Positions 27,127-38,225 of a stretch of DNA of 64,000 nucleotides are shown here, piece after piece (positions within the stretch are counted from its first letter, which is position 1; every line of letters begins with the position of its first letter). The notes under the pieces are model-generated. The model did no database searches and was not told where the DNA came from. It worked only from the letters and a program-made list of their open reading frames with translations. This DNA is from Acidobacteriota bacterium (GTDB lineage: Bacteria > Acidobacteriota > Vicinamibacteria > Vicinamibacterales > UBA2999), in contig JANLWW010000153.1 in NCBI GenBank assembly GCA_031364805.1, positions 206 through 64,205 of the forward strand, given 5' to 3'. A program made the position numbers and the translations under genes.

Positions 27127-27510
27127 TCAGATGCCGAGCACGTCGCGGGCCTTCATCAGCAGCGAATCAGGATCGGACGGCTTGGTCATGTAGAGATCGG
27201 CGCCGACCTCGATGCCCCGCTGCCGGTCGAACTCCTGGCCCTTCGCTGTCAGCAAGACGATGTAGACGTTGGACAGGCCGAGCACCTTCTTGGTGCGTTC
27301 GCACACGTCGAAGCCGCTCAGCTTCGGCATCATCACATCCAGGAACACCAGGTTCGGCTGCAGCGTCTGGATCGCCGCCAGAGCCTCTTCGCCGTTGGTC
27401 GCCACGTGCAGCTCGACGCCCTCATCTTCCAGCTCCTCGAGCGTCTGGTGCAGCAGCGTGCGCAGGTGCACTTCGTCATCGACAATCAGGATCTTCTTGC
27501 TCACACACAC
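27127..27510 (-). CDS. Single-domain response regulator (CheY-like receiver)
   Basis: KKILIVDDEVHLRTLL, FLDVMMPKLSGFDV, LLTAKGQ. 127 aa. Confidence 0.9.
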   Translation of the reverse strand: MCVSKKILIVDDEVHLRTLLHQTLEELEDEGVELHVATNGEEALAAIQTLQPNLVFLDVMMPKLSGFDVCERTKKVLGLSNVYIVLLTAKGQEFDRQRGIEVGADLYMTKPSDPDSLLMKARDVLGI

Positions 27511-27512
27511 TC

Positions 27513-30500
27513 CTACCGGTAGACAAAGAAGAGGACGTTTTCCAGGCCCTTTTCAAAGCGCAGGGTCTGGACGATCTCTGGTTTGGGGTCGGCCGAGCTG
27601 AGCATGATGATGTCGGGCTGCAGCATCTTGGCTTTCTCGAACAGGTCGTGGCCCCGGGCTTCGGTCACGCTGTAGCCGCGCGCCTTTAGCACCTCGGTCA
27701 GGGTCTTCACCGCCGTCGCATCGTCATCCACCACCAGCACGCGCTTGTGGGACTTGCGCTGATCGAGCAAGGCCCCGACCTCACGGAACAGGATGTCGGT
27801 GTTGATCGGCTTGGTCAGGTAACGGTCGACGCCCAGCCGGAAGCCGCGCTCGCGATCCTGCACGATCGACAGGATGATGATCGGGATGTCGAGCGTCTGC
27901 GGGTCGTTGCGCAGGACGGCGGCGACGTCGAAGCCGTTCATCTCGGGCATCATCACATCGAGGACGATCAGGTCGGGACGCTGGCGACGGACTTCGGCGA
28001 CGGCCTCTCGGCCGTTCGCGGCCGTGATTACTGCGTAGCCGGCTTCGGTAAACTCCTGAGTCAGCAACTCGCGAATGTTCGCTTCGTCATCGACGACCAG
28101 GATACGCGGCTGCCGCTCCGCCGTCCGCGGCGTCGTCACCACGACCTGGTCGCGCAACTGGCGCACGACCGTCGCGAGATCGAGCGGCAACGACGGCTGC
28201 GCACCATCGGCAATCGGCAGCGAGAACGAGAAGGTGCTGCCCTTGCCAGGTTCGCTGGCCACCCACACGCGGCCGCCGTGGTGTTCGACAATCTCGCGGC
28301 AAATCGGCAGACCGAGGCCCGTGCCCTTAGGTTTGTCGGTGAGGGTGTCGCCCACCTGCTTGAAGCGCTCGAACACCTTCGGCTGGTCGGCCGGCGTAAT
28401 GCCCACGCCGGTGTCGATGACGCTGACCACCAGCATGTCGGCCTGACGAACAGCCCGGCACGTGATGGTGCCGCCGTCGGTGAACTTGACGGCGTTCGAC
28501 ACCAGGTTAATGACGACCTGAATCAAGCGATCGCGATCGCCCGTGATCACCGGCAGCGTGGCGTCGACCTCCTTGATCAGGCGCAGCCCCTTAGGTTCGA
28601 GCAGTGAGCTGGTGGCCGCCGTCGCGTGGTCAATGATTTCCTGGACGGTGACCGGGCCCATGTTCCACTCGAGCTTGCCGGCCTCAATCTTGGCGAGATC
28701 CAGCACATCGTCAATCAGCTTGGTGAGGCGCTCGCCCTCGCCCACGACAACCTGGAGGTTGTCCTGAATCTGCTGCACCGTCTGCAGCACTTTTTTGTCG
28801 TCGCTCTTGAGGATTGGGAAGATGCGGTCGTCGAGGCGCTTCTTGATGATCTTGGCAAAACCCAGCACCGACGTGAGCGGCGTGCGCAGTTCGTGGCTGA
28901 CGGTTGACAGGAACGCGCTTTTGGCGGCATCCGCCTCTTCGGCCGCCGCCCGGGCGCGCTGCGCTTCCTCGAACAACCGGCGATTGTCGTGTTCCTGCTC
29001 GTTGAGCTGCCGGTAAGCCGCGGCATTGTCGAGCGCGATCGCCGTGAAGGCCGCCAGGTTCTGCATCATGTTGAGGTGATGCTCGGTATACGCGCCCTTC
29101 TCGAAGCTCTGGATGGTGACGATGCCCAGCACCTTGTCCTTAGAGACGAGCGGCAGGTAGATGATCGACTGCGCCGTCTTCGACATGCTGCCGTCTTCCA
29201 GTGCACGGGCGGCCTCGGCGTAGTGCGGGATGTACTTGCCCGATTCCTTCTCCACGTCGTTGATGAACACGGGCTCACGATGTTCGATGCACCACACCGG
29301 CAACTGGCTGCGGTCGGTGGTGCTGCGCGAGTAGGGGGCATAGCGCTTACCCTTCTCGATTGCCAACCGATACTCAATCTCGTTCCGGTCGGCGTGATAT
29401 AGGCCGACGCCAAAAACGTCGGCGTCAGCGAGCTCGTTGACCCGCCCGTAGAGCTTGTCGAAGATGGTGTCGAAATCGAGCGAGGCGGTGATCTCGCGCC
29501 CAATGTCGCTCAGTAATTCGATGCTGCGGTTGCGCTCGCGTTCGGCACCGGCCAGCGCTTCGGCCGCGTCGGCCCGCAGGCGGGCCTCGGCAAACTCCGA
29601 ACGCTGCCGTTCCTTTCCGAGCAGTCGCCGCCGCTGGATGCGGTCGATCCCGAACCCGACAAAGCCGAGGAGGACCAGGTAGCCGGCGTAGGCCCACCAC
29701 GTGCGATACCACGGCGGCAGGATCGAGAAGGCATAGGTGGCCTCCTCGCCCATGGCGCCAGTGACGCTGCGAGCGCGCACGTGGAATCGATAGTCGCCGA
29801 ACGACAGGTTGGTAAAGTCTCGCCTCGCCTCACCAGTCCAGCTGGTCCAGTCCGGATCGAGGCCGTCGAGCTTGGTTTGATACTGCGTTGCGGTTTCATC
29901 GATAAAGGTTGGCGCCGCGAACTCAAGCCGTAATGCATCAGTGGCTGCCGGCAAACGTGGCGCCTCGGCCACGGTGGCCCCACCGTAGAGCACGCGATCA
30001 CCGGCAGTAACGCGGCGCACGAGCGCCGCGAACGGGGTCGGCGCCGCCGCCGCCTTTTTCATATTGAAGCGGACAAACTGCTCTTTGTAATTGAACCAGC
30101 CGATGTCTCCTGGCTCGACAAACACGTAGCCTGTTGGGATCGGGCCAAACCTGCTGAACAACGTCTCGTCGACCTTCCAGCTGCCCGAGCCGTCCGGCGT
30201 CAGTACCCGCGTACCCTTTCCGGCATTGGCGAGCACGGTGCCGTTTGGTCCCTCGGCCACGCCGAAGCTGCCGCGCATCTTGTCGCTCGGCAAGCCGCTG
30301 ATCAAGTCGTCCTTGACGAACTTCTGCGCCTTGGCATCCCAGGTCGCCACGATGTTGTCGGCCGCCGCAGACCACGGGGCGAAGTACGCCTTGCCGTGGA
30401 GGCGGATGACACCCACGCCCCGTTGCGGCAGCCCGTCCTTCTCACCGAAACGGGTAATCGTGGGGGTGGGCCGCGGCGTTCCAGGCGTGGGAGGGGTGGC

Positions 30501-32030
30501 AAACGTCAGGCGCACCAGGCCGACGGCATTGGTCCCCGCCCACACCGTCCCGTCGTCGTCTTCCGCAACGGAGCGCAGTTGTTCGGTGACGCCCGGCACG
30601 CGGCCTTCATCAATCCACTTCCCGTTCACCCAGCGAAACGACGAGAGGCCATCAAACAGTCCGATCCACACGCGGTTCGGGTCGCGCCGTGACCGGACGA
30701 GTGAGGCCGCGCGGAAGGTGCCGTCTCTCGGCGCGTGAATGGGCACCGCCGTCGTGCCCCGAATTTCGTAGAACCCGTCGGTCGACGCCACCGCCAACAC
30801 CGGAGCAATCTTGCCGGTCGGGTCGGTCATCTCCGCAAACGCCCAGCTTTGCTGGCCGATCCCGGGAATCTTGATGAACCGCGCCGGCTGGCCCGCACTC
30901 GCGGGCTCGAGGTAACTCACCCCGCTTTGCCACGCCAGGAAGAGCCGCCCCTGGTGCCGCTCAATCGTCCAACTGCCGTTAAATCCGTCCGCCTCGCCGA
31001 ATGCCGTGGCAGGTGAGGGGAACTCGACTCGTCCCATTCCGCGCTCACCGGTGGTCCAGATCGCCCCCTCGCGATCCGCCATCACGTTGTAGATCGCATT
31101 AGACGGCAGCCCCTGCGTTCGATCGATGACCATGACCCGGCGGCCCTGGTGATCCATCATCACCAGCCCGGCATTGGTCGTCGCCATGACGTAGGTGCCA
31201 TCGGAGAGCTCGATGCCCTTGTAGAGCGACGCCGACTTCAAGAACTCATCCAACTCGGTCTGGAACCTGGTGAGCGCCGCTCCGTCGTAGAGGAAGAAGC
31301 CGTTAAAACGAGTACCAATCAGAAGCCGCTTCTCGTCGTAGCGATAGATGACCGGGTAGACCTCGCTGCCCAGAGACTCGGTGCCTGGCAGCGGCTTGAA
31401 GGTGTCGCCGTCGAGTACATTCAACCCGTTCTCCGGTAGGGTGACGTACATCTGTCCATCGACCAGCGACGAGCGATTCAAGCGGGTCGGCGGACGGATC
31501 ACCGTGATCGTGCCGTTGGCCCACCGGTAGACCGCCTGCTCGGTCTGAAACAACACTCCCGACTTGGTCGCCCACGTTCGCCAGACGTCGGTGAAGCCGC
31601 GCGCCGCTTGCGGCACCTTGTCGGCGAGCGACTGGTAGGTCATCGTGCCGCTCGCATCCGGGGTGAGGTAGCCGAAGTCCAACTGCGAACCGGCATAGAT
31701 TACGCCGGCGGCATCGATCGCGAGGGACCGAACGGTCGCGAGCGTCTTGGTCTCGATCAGCCGCCAGTTCACGCCATCAAACTCGATCACGCCGCTTTGG
31801 CTGCCCACGTAAAGGACGCCACGCGCGTCTTGCACCATCGACCAATTCTGGCCGGCGGCGTTGACGTCGAGCGGAGCGTAGGTGCGGATGAACGGCCGCC
31901 CTTCCTCCGGGTGGCGCCCGCCTGGCTCGGGGGCGGCGGTGGACGGCGCGACGACGGGGGCGGAAGGCGTTTGCGCGAGCGCGGTGGCCGTCAGCAGGCA
32001 GACGGCGGCAAGAGCGGCTGGAAGTCGCAT
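27513..32030 (-). CDS. Hybrid sensor histidine kinase: periplasmic beta-propeller/Y_Y_Y region, TM, GAF, HisKA-HATPase, two receiver domains
   Basis: 1505 aa. Signal peptide. TM WWAYAGYLVLLGFVGFGI. H-box FLSTVSHELRTPLTS. G-box GTGLGLPICREIV. Receivers RILVVDDEANIRELL and RVLVVDDDATAVKTL. Confidence 0.9.
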   Translation of the reverse strand: MRLPAALAAVCLLTATALAQTPSAPVVAPSTAAPEPGGRHPEEGRPFIRTYAPLDVNAAGQNWSMVQDARGVLYVGSQSGVIEFDGVNWRLIETKTLATVRSLAIDAAGVIYAGSQLDFGYLTPDASGTMTYQSLADKVPQAARGFTDVWRTWATKSGVLFQTEQAVYRWANGTITVIRPPTRLNRSSLVDGQMYVTLPENGLNVLDGDTFKPLPGTESLGSEVYPVIYRYDEKRLLIGTRFNGFFLYDGAALTRFQTELDEFLKSASLYKGIELSDGTYVMATTNAGLVMMDHQGRRVMVIDRTQGLPSNAIYNVMADREGAIWTTGERGMGRVEFPSPATAFGEADGFNGSWTIERHQGRLFLAWQSGVSYLEPASAGQPARFIKIPGIGQQSWAFAEMTDPTGKIAPVLAVASTDGFYEIRGTTAVPIHAPRDGTFRAASLVRSRRDPNRVWIGLFDGLSSFRWVNGKWIDEGRVPGVTEQLRSVAEDDDGTVWAGTNAVGLVRLTFATPPTPGTPRPTPTITRFGEKDGLPQRGVGVIRLHGKAYFAPWSAAADNIVATWDAKAQKFVKDDLISGLPSDKMRGSFGVAEGPNGTVLANAGKGTRVLTPDGSGSWKVDETLFSRFGPIPTGYVFVEPGDIGWFNYKEQFVRFNMKKAAAAPTPFAALVRRVTAGDRVLYGGATVAEAPRLPAATDALRLEFAAPTFIDETATQYQTKLDGLDPDWTSWTGEARRDFTNLSFGDYRFHVRARSVTGAMGEEATYAFSILPPWYRTWWAYAGYLVLLGFVGFGIDRIQRRRLLGKERQRSEFAEARLRADAAEALAGAERERNRSIELLSDIGREITASLDFDTIFDKLYGRVNELADADVFGVGLYHADRNEIEYRLAIEKGKRYAPYSRSTTDRSQLPVWCIEHREPVFINDVEKESGKYIPHYAEAARALEDGSMSKTAQSIIYLPLVSKDKVLGIVTIQSFEKGAYTEHHLNMMQNLAAFTAIALDNAAAYRQLNEQEHDNRRLFEEAQRARAAAEEADAAKSAFLSTVSHELRTPLTSVLGFAKIIKKRLDDRIFPILKSDDKKVLQTVQQIQDNLQVVVGEGERLTKLIDDVLDLAKIEAGKLEWNMGPVTVQEIIDHATAATSSLLEPKGLRLIKEVDATLPVITGDRDRLIQVVINLVSNAVKFTDGGTITCRAVRQADMLVVSVIDTGVGITPADQPKVFERFKQVGDTLTDKPKGTGLGLPICREIVEHHGGRVWVASEPGKGSTFSFSLPIADGAQPSLPLDLATVVRQLRDQVVVTTPRTAERQPRILVVDDEANIRELLTQEFTEAGYAVITAANGREAVAEVRRQRPDLIVLDVMMPEMNGFDVAAVLRNDPQTLDIPIIILSIVQDRERGFRLGVDRYLTKPINTDILFREVGALLDQRKSHKRVLVVDDDATAVKTLTEVLKARGYSVTEARGHDLFEKAKMLQPDIIMLSSADPKPEIVQTLRFEKGLENVLFFVYR

Positions 32031-32103
32031 GCGAATGGGCCCCCTCGTGGGCAGCCCGATTCTACAGGGGAAAGAGCCCGGCAGTAGTCAGAAGATCGGA
32101 TTC

Positions 32104-32217
32104 GCCACAGAGGATACCGAGATCACAGAGCAAGAACTTCCCAGATGCGATCGGGCTTCTAATGGGCCCATCGGAATTTTGAAAGAACTGCCTCTGTGTC
32201 CTCGGCGTCCTCTGTGG
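32104..32217. repeat. Palindromic intergenic element: arms GCCACAGAGGATACCGAGATCACAGAG / CTCTGTGTCCTCGGCGTCCTCTGTGGC, ~61-nt core
   Basis: Arms are about 80% reverse-complementary. Ends exactly at the nuoN stop codon (32218-32220). Same CCACAGAG unit as 25465-25547. Confidence 0.75.
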
Positions 32218-33653
32218 CTAAAAGATGGTGCTGATCGAGGCCTGCGCGAAGTCGATCACCGCCGTCGGCAGCACACCAAGGTAGAGCACGCCGATCAGCG
32301 ACAACACCAGACCGGCGTAAGCCATCGTGGTAATCGGCGCCGGCACCGGCCGAGCGTCACGGTCGGTCATGAACATCATCACGACGATGCGCAGGTAAAA
32401 GAACACCGAGACCACACTCGACAGCACGCCGATGATGGCCAGGCCGTAATAGCCCGAGCCGATCGCGGCACTGAAGACATACCACTTGGCGATGAAGCCC
32501 GCGGTCGGCGGGAAACCGCCCAGCGACAGCAGGAAGAACGTCATCAGCACCGCCAGGGCAGGGTGGCTCTTGAACAGCCCGGCGTAGTCGCGCAGGTCGT
32601 CGTTGGCGCGCTCGCGCGTGCCAAGCAATGCAATCACGCCAAAGGCGCCGAGGTTGGTCAGCGCATAGGCCGCCAGGTAGAACAGGATGGCGGCCTTGCC
32701 AACGTCGTTGCCGGCCACCAGGCCCGCCAGCAAGTAACCGCCGTGGGCGATGCTTGAATACGCCAGCATGCGCTTAAGGCTGGTCTGCGCCACCCCCACC
32801 ACCGTCCCGAGAATCATCGTCGCGGCGGCGATCACCCACAGCACCGGCGCCCACTCGGCGATCATCGGTTCGAGCGACGACAGGAAGACGCGCACGAACG
32901 CGGCCACCGCGGCAGCCTTGACGCCCGTGGACATGAAGCCGGTCACCACGGCCGGCGCACCCTCATAGGCGTCGGGCGACCACATGTGGAATGGCACCGC
33001 GGCCACCTTGAACGAGAAGCCGACAATCAGCAGGCCGACGCCCAGCAGGATCATCGGGTTGCCACTCATCGACTGGGCGGCGATCACCGAGCCAATGCGA
33101 TCCAGGTTGGTGCTGCCGGTGACGCCGTAGAGAAAGGCGACGCCGTACAGGAAGAACGAACTGGCGAAGGCGCCCAGCAGGAAATACTTGAACGCCGCTT
33201 CGGTGCTCTGCTGCTGCTCGCGCCGGATGCCGGTCAGCACGTAAACCGCAATCGACATGGTCTCGAGCGCCAGGAAGATCACCAGCAGGTCGGTGGCCTG
33301 ACCCATCAGCATCATGCCGACGATGGCGAACAGCATGATGGCGTAATACTCGCCGGCCGGGATCTTGTCGCGGTCAAGGGTCTGCGACGAAAAGATCACG
33401 GTCAGGATGCCGACCGCCACGAGTACCAGGTTCACGAACAGCGAAAAATTGTCGGCCGTCACCACGCCGAAGCTGGTGGCGTTGCGGTTCCACAGCAGGA
33501 TGGATGCCGCGCCGGCCCCAATCAGGCCGATGATGGCCAGCCCGCCGAGGGGCATCTTCTCGTCGCGGCCGCGGAACGATTCGGCGAGCAGCACGACGAG
33601 ACCCGCGAGCGCCACGCACAGCATGGGGATGATGGCGTCGAATGAGGAGCTAA

Positions 33654-33657
<4 letters not shown>
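32218..33657 (-). CDS. nuoN: NADH-quinone oxidoreductase subunit N
   Basis: Start at ATG 33657 (MISSSFDAIIPML), which overlaps the nuoM stop (ATGA). Polytopic antiporter-like, 479 aa. Confidence 0.9.
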
Positions 33658-35249
<1,592 letters not shown>

Positions 35250-35255
35250 GTCGCG

Positions 35256-37343
35256 CTATCTCCAGAGGTAGAAGGCGAGGATGGCAACCGCGCCCGCAAA
35301 AATGGACGCTGCATAGGTCTTGACCGACCCGTTCTGCAGCAGTCGAAGGACAATGCTGACGCCGCTAACAAAATAGCCTGCGCCGTTAACCGCGCCGTCG
35401 ACGACCTTGACATCAAAGCCCCGCCACAGGCCTTCCTGTGAGACGACCTTGATCGGTTGCACGATGGTCGCGTCGTAGACTTCGTCCACGTAGTACTTGT
35501 TCAACAGCAGCTTGTGCACGCCGGAGAACTGCGTCGCCATCTGCGCCGGAATGTCCTTGCGCTTCAGCCACAGGAAGGTCGCCAACCCGATGCCCGCGAA
35601 GGCGACGAGCGACGACACCGCCATCAGCGAGAGCTCGAGCGAGGTGTGATCCTCGGCACCCACCGCTTCCTCGCCTGGCAGGCAGTCCGCGATGGCAATG
35701 CCCGCCAGCTCTCCGGTGGTCACCGGCTGGCCGCAGTTGGTGGCCTGGAAGGCCGGCTCGAGCCACGCGCCGAGGTTGTTATGGCCGCCGAGGGCGTGCG
35801 GCACGCCGACGTAGCCGGCGAGCACCGAACCGATTGCCAGAACGATCAGCGCGAACGCCATCGGCGCCGGCGCATCATGGAGGTGCACCGGGGCATGGGT
35901 GGTCGGGTGCACGGGGTCCGCGTGCTCTTCCGCGTGGTGCCGATCGCGAGCGTGTGCGGCATGTGCCGCGGGAGCATGATGCGAGTCGGCGGCACCATGG
36001 GCACCGGCAAATCGCGGTTCGCCGTGGAAGGTCAGATGGACCAGGCGGAACATGTAGGTCGCCGTCAGCAGCGAGGTCAGCACGCCGACGCCCCACAGAA
36101 TCTGGTGACCGTGCAGGAAAGTTTCGAACAGGATTTCGTCCTTCGAGAAGAAGCCGGCCAGGCCGGGCACGCCGGCGATGGCGACCGACGCGATCACAAA
36201 GGTCCAGTAGGTAATCGGGATGTGCTTCTTCAAGCCACCCATCTTGCGGATGTCCTGCTCGCCGTGCAGCGCGTGAATGACCGCGCCCGAGCCAAGAAAC
36301 AGGCAGGCCTTGAAGAACGCGTGGGTCATCAAGTGGAAGATGCCGGCGCCGAACGCGCCCATGCCCATGGCCAGGAACATGTAGCCGAGCTGCGACACGG
36401 TTGAATACGCCAGCACCCGCTTGATGTCGTTCTGCACCAGGCCGATGGTGCCGGCCATCAGCGCGGTAGCGGCGCCGACCACCGCGACAATCTGCAGCGT
36501 GATCGGCGCGTGCTCGAACAGCACGGCGTTACGGCCGATCATGTAGACGCCGGCCGTCACCATGGTGGCCGCGTGAATGAGGGCCGACACCGGGGTCGGG
36601 CCTTCCATCGCGTCTGGCAGCCAGACATACAGCGGAATCTGCGCTGACTTGCCCGTCGCGCCAATGAACAGCAGCAACGTGATCAGCGAGAGCGTGCCGA
36701 AGGTCACCTCGACCGGCAGCTCTTTCGCGGCCAGGGCAATGGTCGTGAAGTCGAGCGTGTTGAACGTCACCACCAGCAGCAAGGAGCCCAGGATGAACGC
36801 GAAGTCGCCGATGCGGTTGACGATGAAGGCTTTCTTGGCGGCGTCGGATGCCGACTTCTTCTCGTAGTAGAAGCCAATCAGCAGGTAGGAACATAAGCCG
36901 ACGCCCTCCCAGCCCACGAACATCACCAGGACGTTCGAGCCGAGCACCAGCATCAGCATGAAGAAGCAGAACAGGTTCAGGTACGAGAAGAACCGGGCGA
37001 ACGCTTCGTCGCTCTCCTCGTGCATGTACGAGGTCGAGTAGATGTGAATCAGCGAGCCGATGCCGGTGATGACGAGAATCATCACCGCTGACAGCGCGTC
37101 AAGACGCAGGGCCAGGTCGAGCGAGAAGTCGCCGGCCGTGATCCAGGTGAACAGCGTCTGGTTAATCTGCCGCGACTCGGGCGGCATGGCGGCGAGCGAC
37201 CACACCTGCATGGCGGCGAGCAGGAACGACAGCACCATTACGGCGGACGCCAGTCCGCCAGTCACCGCCTTGGGTAGCCGCCGCCCCATCGTCGCGTTGA
37301 CGAGGAAGCCGGCGAATGGCAGTAGCGGTATGAGAGCTAACAC
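35256..37343 (-). CDS. nuoL: NADH-quinone oxidoreductase subunit L
   Basis: 695 aa, GTG start. VGWEGVGLCSYLLIGFYY, WLPDAMEGPTPVSALIHAATMVTAGVY. Confidence 0.92.
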   Translation of the reverse strand: MLALIPLLPFAGFLVNATMGRRLPKAVTGGLASAVMVLSFLLAAMQVWSLAAMPPESRQINQTLFTWITAGDFSLDLALRLDALSAVMILVITGIGSLIHIYSTSYMHEESDEAFARFFSYLNLFCFFMLMLVLGSNVLVMFVGWEGVGLCSYLLIGFYYEKKSASDAAKKAFIVNRIGDFAFILGSLLLVVTFNTLDFTTIALAAKELPVEVTFGTLSLITLLLFIGATGKSAQIPLYVWLPDAMEGPTPVSALIHAATMVTAGVYMIGRNAVLFEHAPITLQIVAVVGAATALMAGTIGLVQNDIKRVLAYSTVSQLGYMFLAMGMGAFGAGIFHLMTHAFFKACLFLGSGAVIHALHGEQDIRKMGGLKKHIPITYWTFVIASVAIAGVPGLAGFFSKDEILFETFLHGHQILWGVGVLTSLLTATYMFRLVHLTFHGEPRFAGAHGAADSHHAPAAHAAHARDRHHAEEHADPVHPTTHAPVHLHDAPAPMAFALIVLAIGSVLAGYVGVPHALGGHNNLGAWLEPAFQATNCGQPVTTGELAGIAIADCLPGEEAVGAEDHTSLELSLMAVSSLVAFAGIGLATFLWLKRKDIPAQMATQFSGVHKLLLNKYYVDEVYDATIVQPIKVVSQEGLWRGFDVKVVDGAVNGAGYFVSGVSIVLRLLQNGSVKTYAASIFAGAVAILAFYLWR

Positions 37344-37369
37344 GTCGTTATTCCTCAGCTCCCAAAAGA

Positions 37370-37396
37370 ATCTGCGTCATCTGTGTCATCTGCGGC
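37370..37396. repeat. Three tandem 9-mers: ATCTGCGTC ATCTGTGTC ATCTGCGGC
   Basis: Lies in the 52-nt nuoK-nuoL spacer. The last unit touches the nuoK stop codon. Confidence 0.7.
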
Positions 37397-37695
37397 TACC
37401 ACTTCAGGGAAGTAAACGCCTCTGGGTTGAGCGATTCGCGGTGGCGGAACAGCCCGATCACCAGCGCCAGGCCTACCGCGGCTTCGGCGGCGGCCACCGT
37501 CATCACGAAGAACGTGATGATCTGGCCGTCGACCGTGCCGAGCTGCCGGCCGAAGGCGACAAACGCGAGGTTGACCGCGTTCAGCATGATCTCCACCGAC
37601 AGCAGCAGCGTGATCAGGTTCTTGCGCAGGAACACGCCGGCCGCGCCAATGGAGAACAACACACCCGACAACACCAGGTAGTGGCCGATCGACAT
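37396..37695 (-). CDS. nuoK: NADH-quinone oxidoreductase subunit K
   Basis: 99 aa. MSIGHYLVLSGVLFSIGAAGVFLRKNLITLLLSVEIMLNAVNLAFVAF. Confidence 0.92.
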   Translation of the reverse strand: MSIGHYLVLSGVLFSIGAAGVFLRKNLITLLLSVEIMLNAVNLAFVAFGRQLGTVDGQIITFFVMTVAAAEAAVGLALVIGLFRHRESLNPEAFTSLKW

Positions 37696-37697
37696 GG

Positions 37698-38225
37698 TCA
37701 GTCCTCCCTCTTCTTGGCGAGGATGACGGCGCCGACCATCGACACGATGATCAGGATCGAGGTCACTTCGAAGGCAAACATATAGTCAGTAAACAGGACG
37801 CGTCCCAGCTCGGCGACCGACGAGACCGCCGGATGATCGCCGGCGACGTCGCCACCGAGCCCGGCGGTGCGCGACAGTGCCCAGCCCAGTTCCAGCGCCA
37901 GCAGCAACGCCAGCACGCCGCCGATGCGGACCGCCATCGGACGATAGAGCGGATGGGCCTGGTCCCATTCCGCCGCGTCTTCACGCGGCACATTGAGCAG
38001 CATCACGGTGAACAGGAACAACACCATGATTGCGCCAGCGTAGATGATAATCTGCACCACCGCGACGAACGGCGCCTCGAGCAGCACGTAGAGGCCCGAC
38101 AGCCCGAAGAACGAGCCAATCAGCGCCAGCACGCTGTAGACCGGGTTCCGCTGGGTGACGACCAGCAGCGCGCCGACCACGGCCGCGCCGGCGAACAGGT
38201 AAAAGAGCAACGCGTCAGAGCCCAA
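37698..38225 (-). CDS. nuoJ: NADH-quinone oxidoreductase subunit J (start approximate, TTG 38225 or 38210)
   Basis: ALLFYLFAGAAVVGALLVVTQRNPVYSVLALIGSFFGLSGLYVLLEAPFVAVVQIIIYAGAIMVLFLF. Confidence 0.85.
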   Translation of the reverse strand: MGSDALLFYLFAGAAVVGALLVVTQRNPVYSVLALIGSFFGLSGLYVLLEAPFVAVVQIIIYAGAIMVLFLFTVMLLNVPREDAAEWDQAHPLYRPMAVRIGGVLALLLALELGWALSRTAGLGGDVAGDHPAVSSVAELGRVLFTDYMFAFEVTSILIIVSMVGAVILAKKRED

